NCBI RefSeq assembly: GCF_023055435.1
Contig: NW_025964383.1
Span: forward strand, 43,214,001-43,278,000
Direction of reading: 5' to 3'
Length of the DNA stretch: 64,000 bases
DNA from: Haliotis rufescens
Taxonomy: Eukaryota
A program made the translations under genes and the position numbers. Under the pieces are notes generated by a model, which did no database searches, was not told where the DNA came from, and was given only the letters and a program-made list of their open reading frames with translations. Shown here piece after piece: positions 63,160-64,000 of the stretch; the stretch's first letter is position 1, and each line of letters begins with the position of its first letter.

Positions 63160-63295
63160 GGGGCAGTGGGGTAACCAAGTGGTTCGATTCCCCACATGGG
63201 TGCCAGGATTGTGTGAAGCCTGTTTCTGGTATCTCCAGCTGTGATATTGCTTGAATATTGCTAAGACCGGCGGAAAGCCGTACTCCCTCACTCAG
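63160..63295 (+). mobile_element. Family B SINE, internally deleted
   Basis: GGTTCGATTCCCCACATGGGT...TGTGTGAAGCC...ACTCACTCA. Confidence 0.75.
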
Positions 63296-63589
63296 ACTAT
63301 CAATATAACGATCAGAGGGGCTTTTCGACATCAAACTTTTGTGTTGCTCTCGAAGACAACAAAGATTGATTGAAGTTGTGTTCAAATATGCTGTTTTACT
63401 GTCATTGTAGCCATGCTGATTGTAACTCCAAATTAACGAATGAATTTGAAACCTTTCGAAACCCCATGACAGTTTTTTTAATACAAGGAAACAAGGTTAA
63501 CGTATTTCCATATGTTAGAAATATTCCTACAATAGAGGATACAGAATGGACCAGACCGGAAGATGACATGCTTTCAACTTCAGCAAGTC

Positions 63590-63940
63590 TTTGTTTGTTT
63601 GCTGTTTAAGCCGTACTCAGCAATATTCCAGCTACATGACGGCGGTCTGTAAATAATCGAGTCTGGATCAGACAATCCAGTGATTGACATCATGAGCATC
63701 GATCATGCAATTGACATACGATGACATGCATCAACCAAGTCAGTGAGCCTGATCCTCCGTTAGTCGCCTCTTACAAGAATAGTCTCGTCTTGAGACATGC
63801 ATGAGCATCTCCCCCAGGCAAGTGAGTTTACTGACTATAAAAGTCCAGTTTCCACTGGACTTTTAAAGTCAGTTAACTCTCTTGCCTCGGGAAGATGTGC
63901 ATGAGTTGCTGAAGGCCTATTCTAACGCCTATTCACGCAT
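63590..63940 (-). mobile_element. Short retroposon family C interrupted by a foldback MITE
   Basis: Tail at 63590, GTTAGTCGCCTCTTAC, TTGCTGAAGGCCTATTCTA. Confidence 0.8.
63806..63897. mobile_element. 92-bp foldback MITE with 8-bp TSD
   Basis: TGCATGAG|CATCTCCCCCAGGCAAG...CTTGCCTCGGGAAGATG|TGCATGAG; nearly the whole element is one inverted repeat. Confidence 0.85.
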
Positions 63941-64000
63941 TGACGATACCAGATGGTTAAAAACAGGTTCTTAGTCGCCTCTTACGACAAGTAAGTCACC

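Overview
Eukaryotic (animal) genomic DNA with three N-gaps. The repeat families and genes point to a gastropod mollusc, possibly abalone (inference, not checked). Two host genes are supported. One is a four-exon minus-strand gene (16183->5343) for a secreted F-type-lectin (FTP/F5-8) plus PAN/apple protein of about 245 aa. The other is a STEAP-family metalloreductase with its CDS in one exon (60913-62451). Each has a decayed paralog relic: a SINE-disrupted PAN exon (43925-44310) and a duplicated STEAP 3' end (about 54950-55320). The rest is mostly mobile DNA: a full-length TSD-bounded RTE-X-like LINE carrying a 2A StopGo motif, a truncated second LINE, a Tc1 element, a Helentron relic with a HINE-like element, Penelope-like fragments, a very young non-autonomous LTR element, nested and tiny MITEs, four tandem arrays, and three short retroposon families sharing one 3' tail. 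The best candidate for something new is retroposon family C. It has no tRNA head and instead starts at a fixed nucleotide with a compact pseudoknot-plus-hairpin module, a candidate ribozyme or 5'-end-defining RNA.
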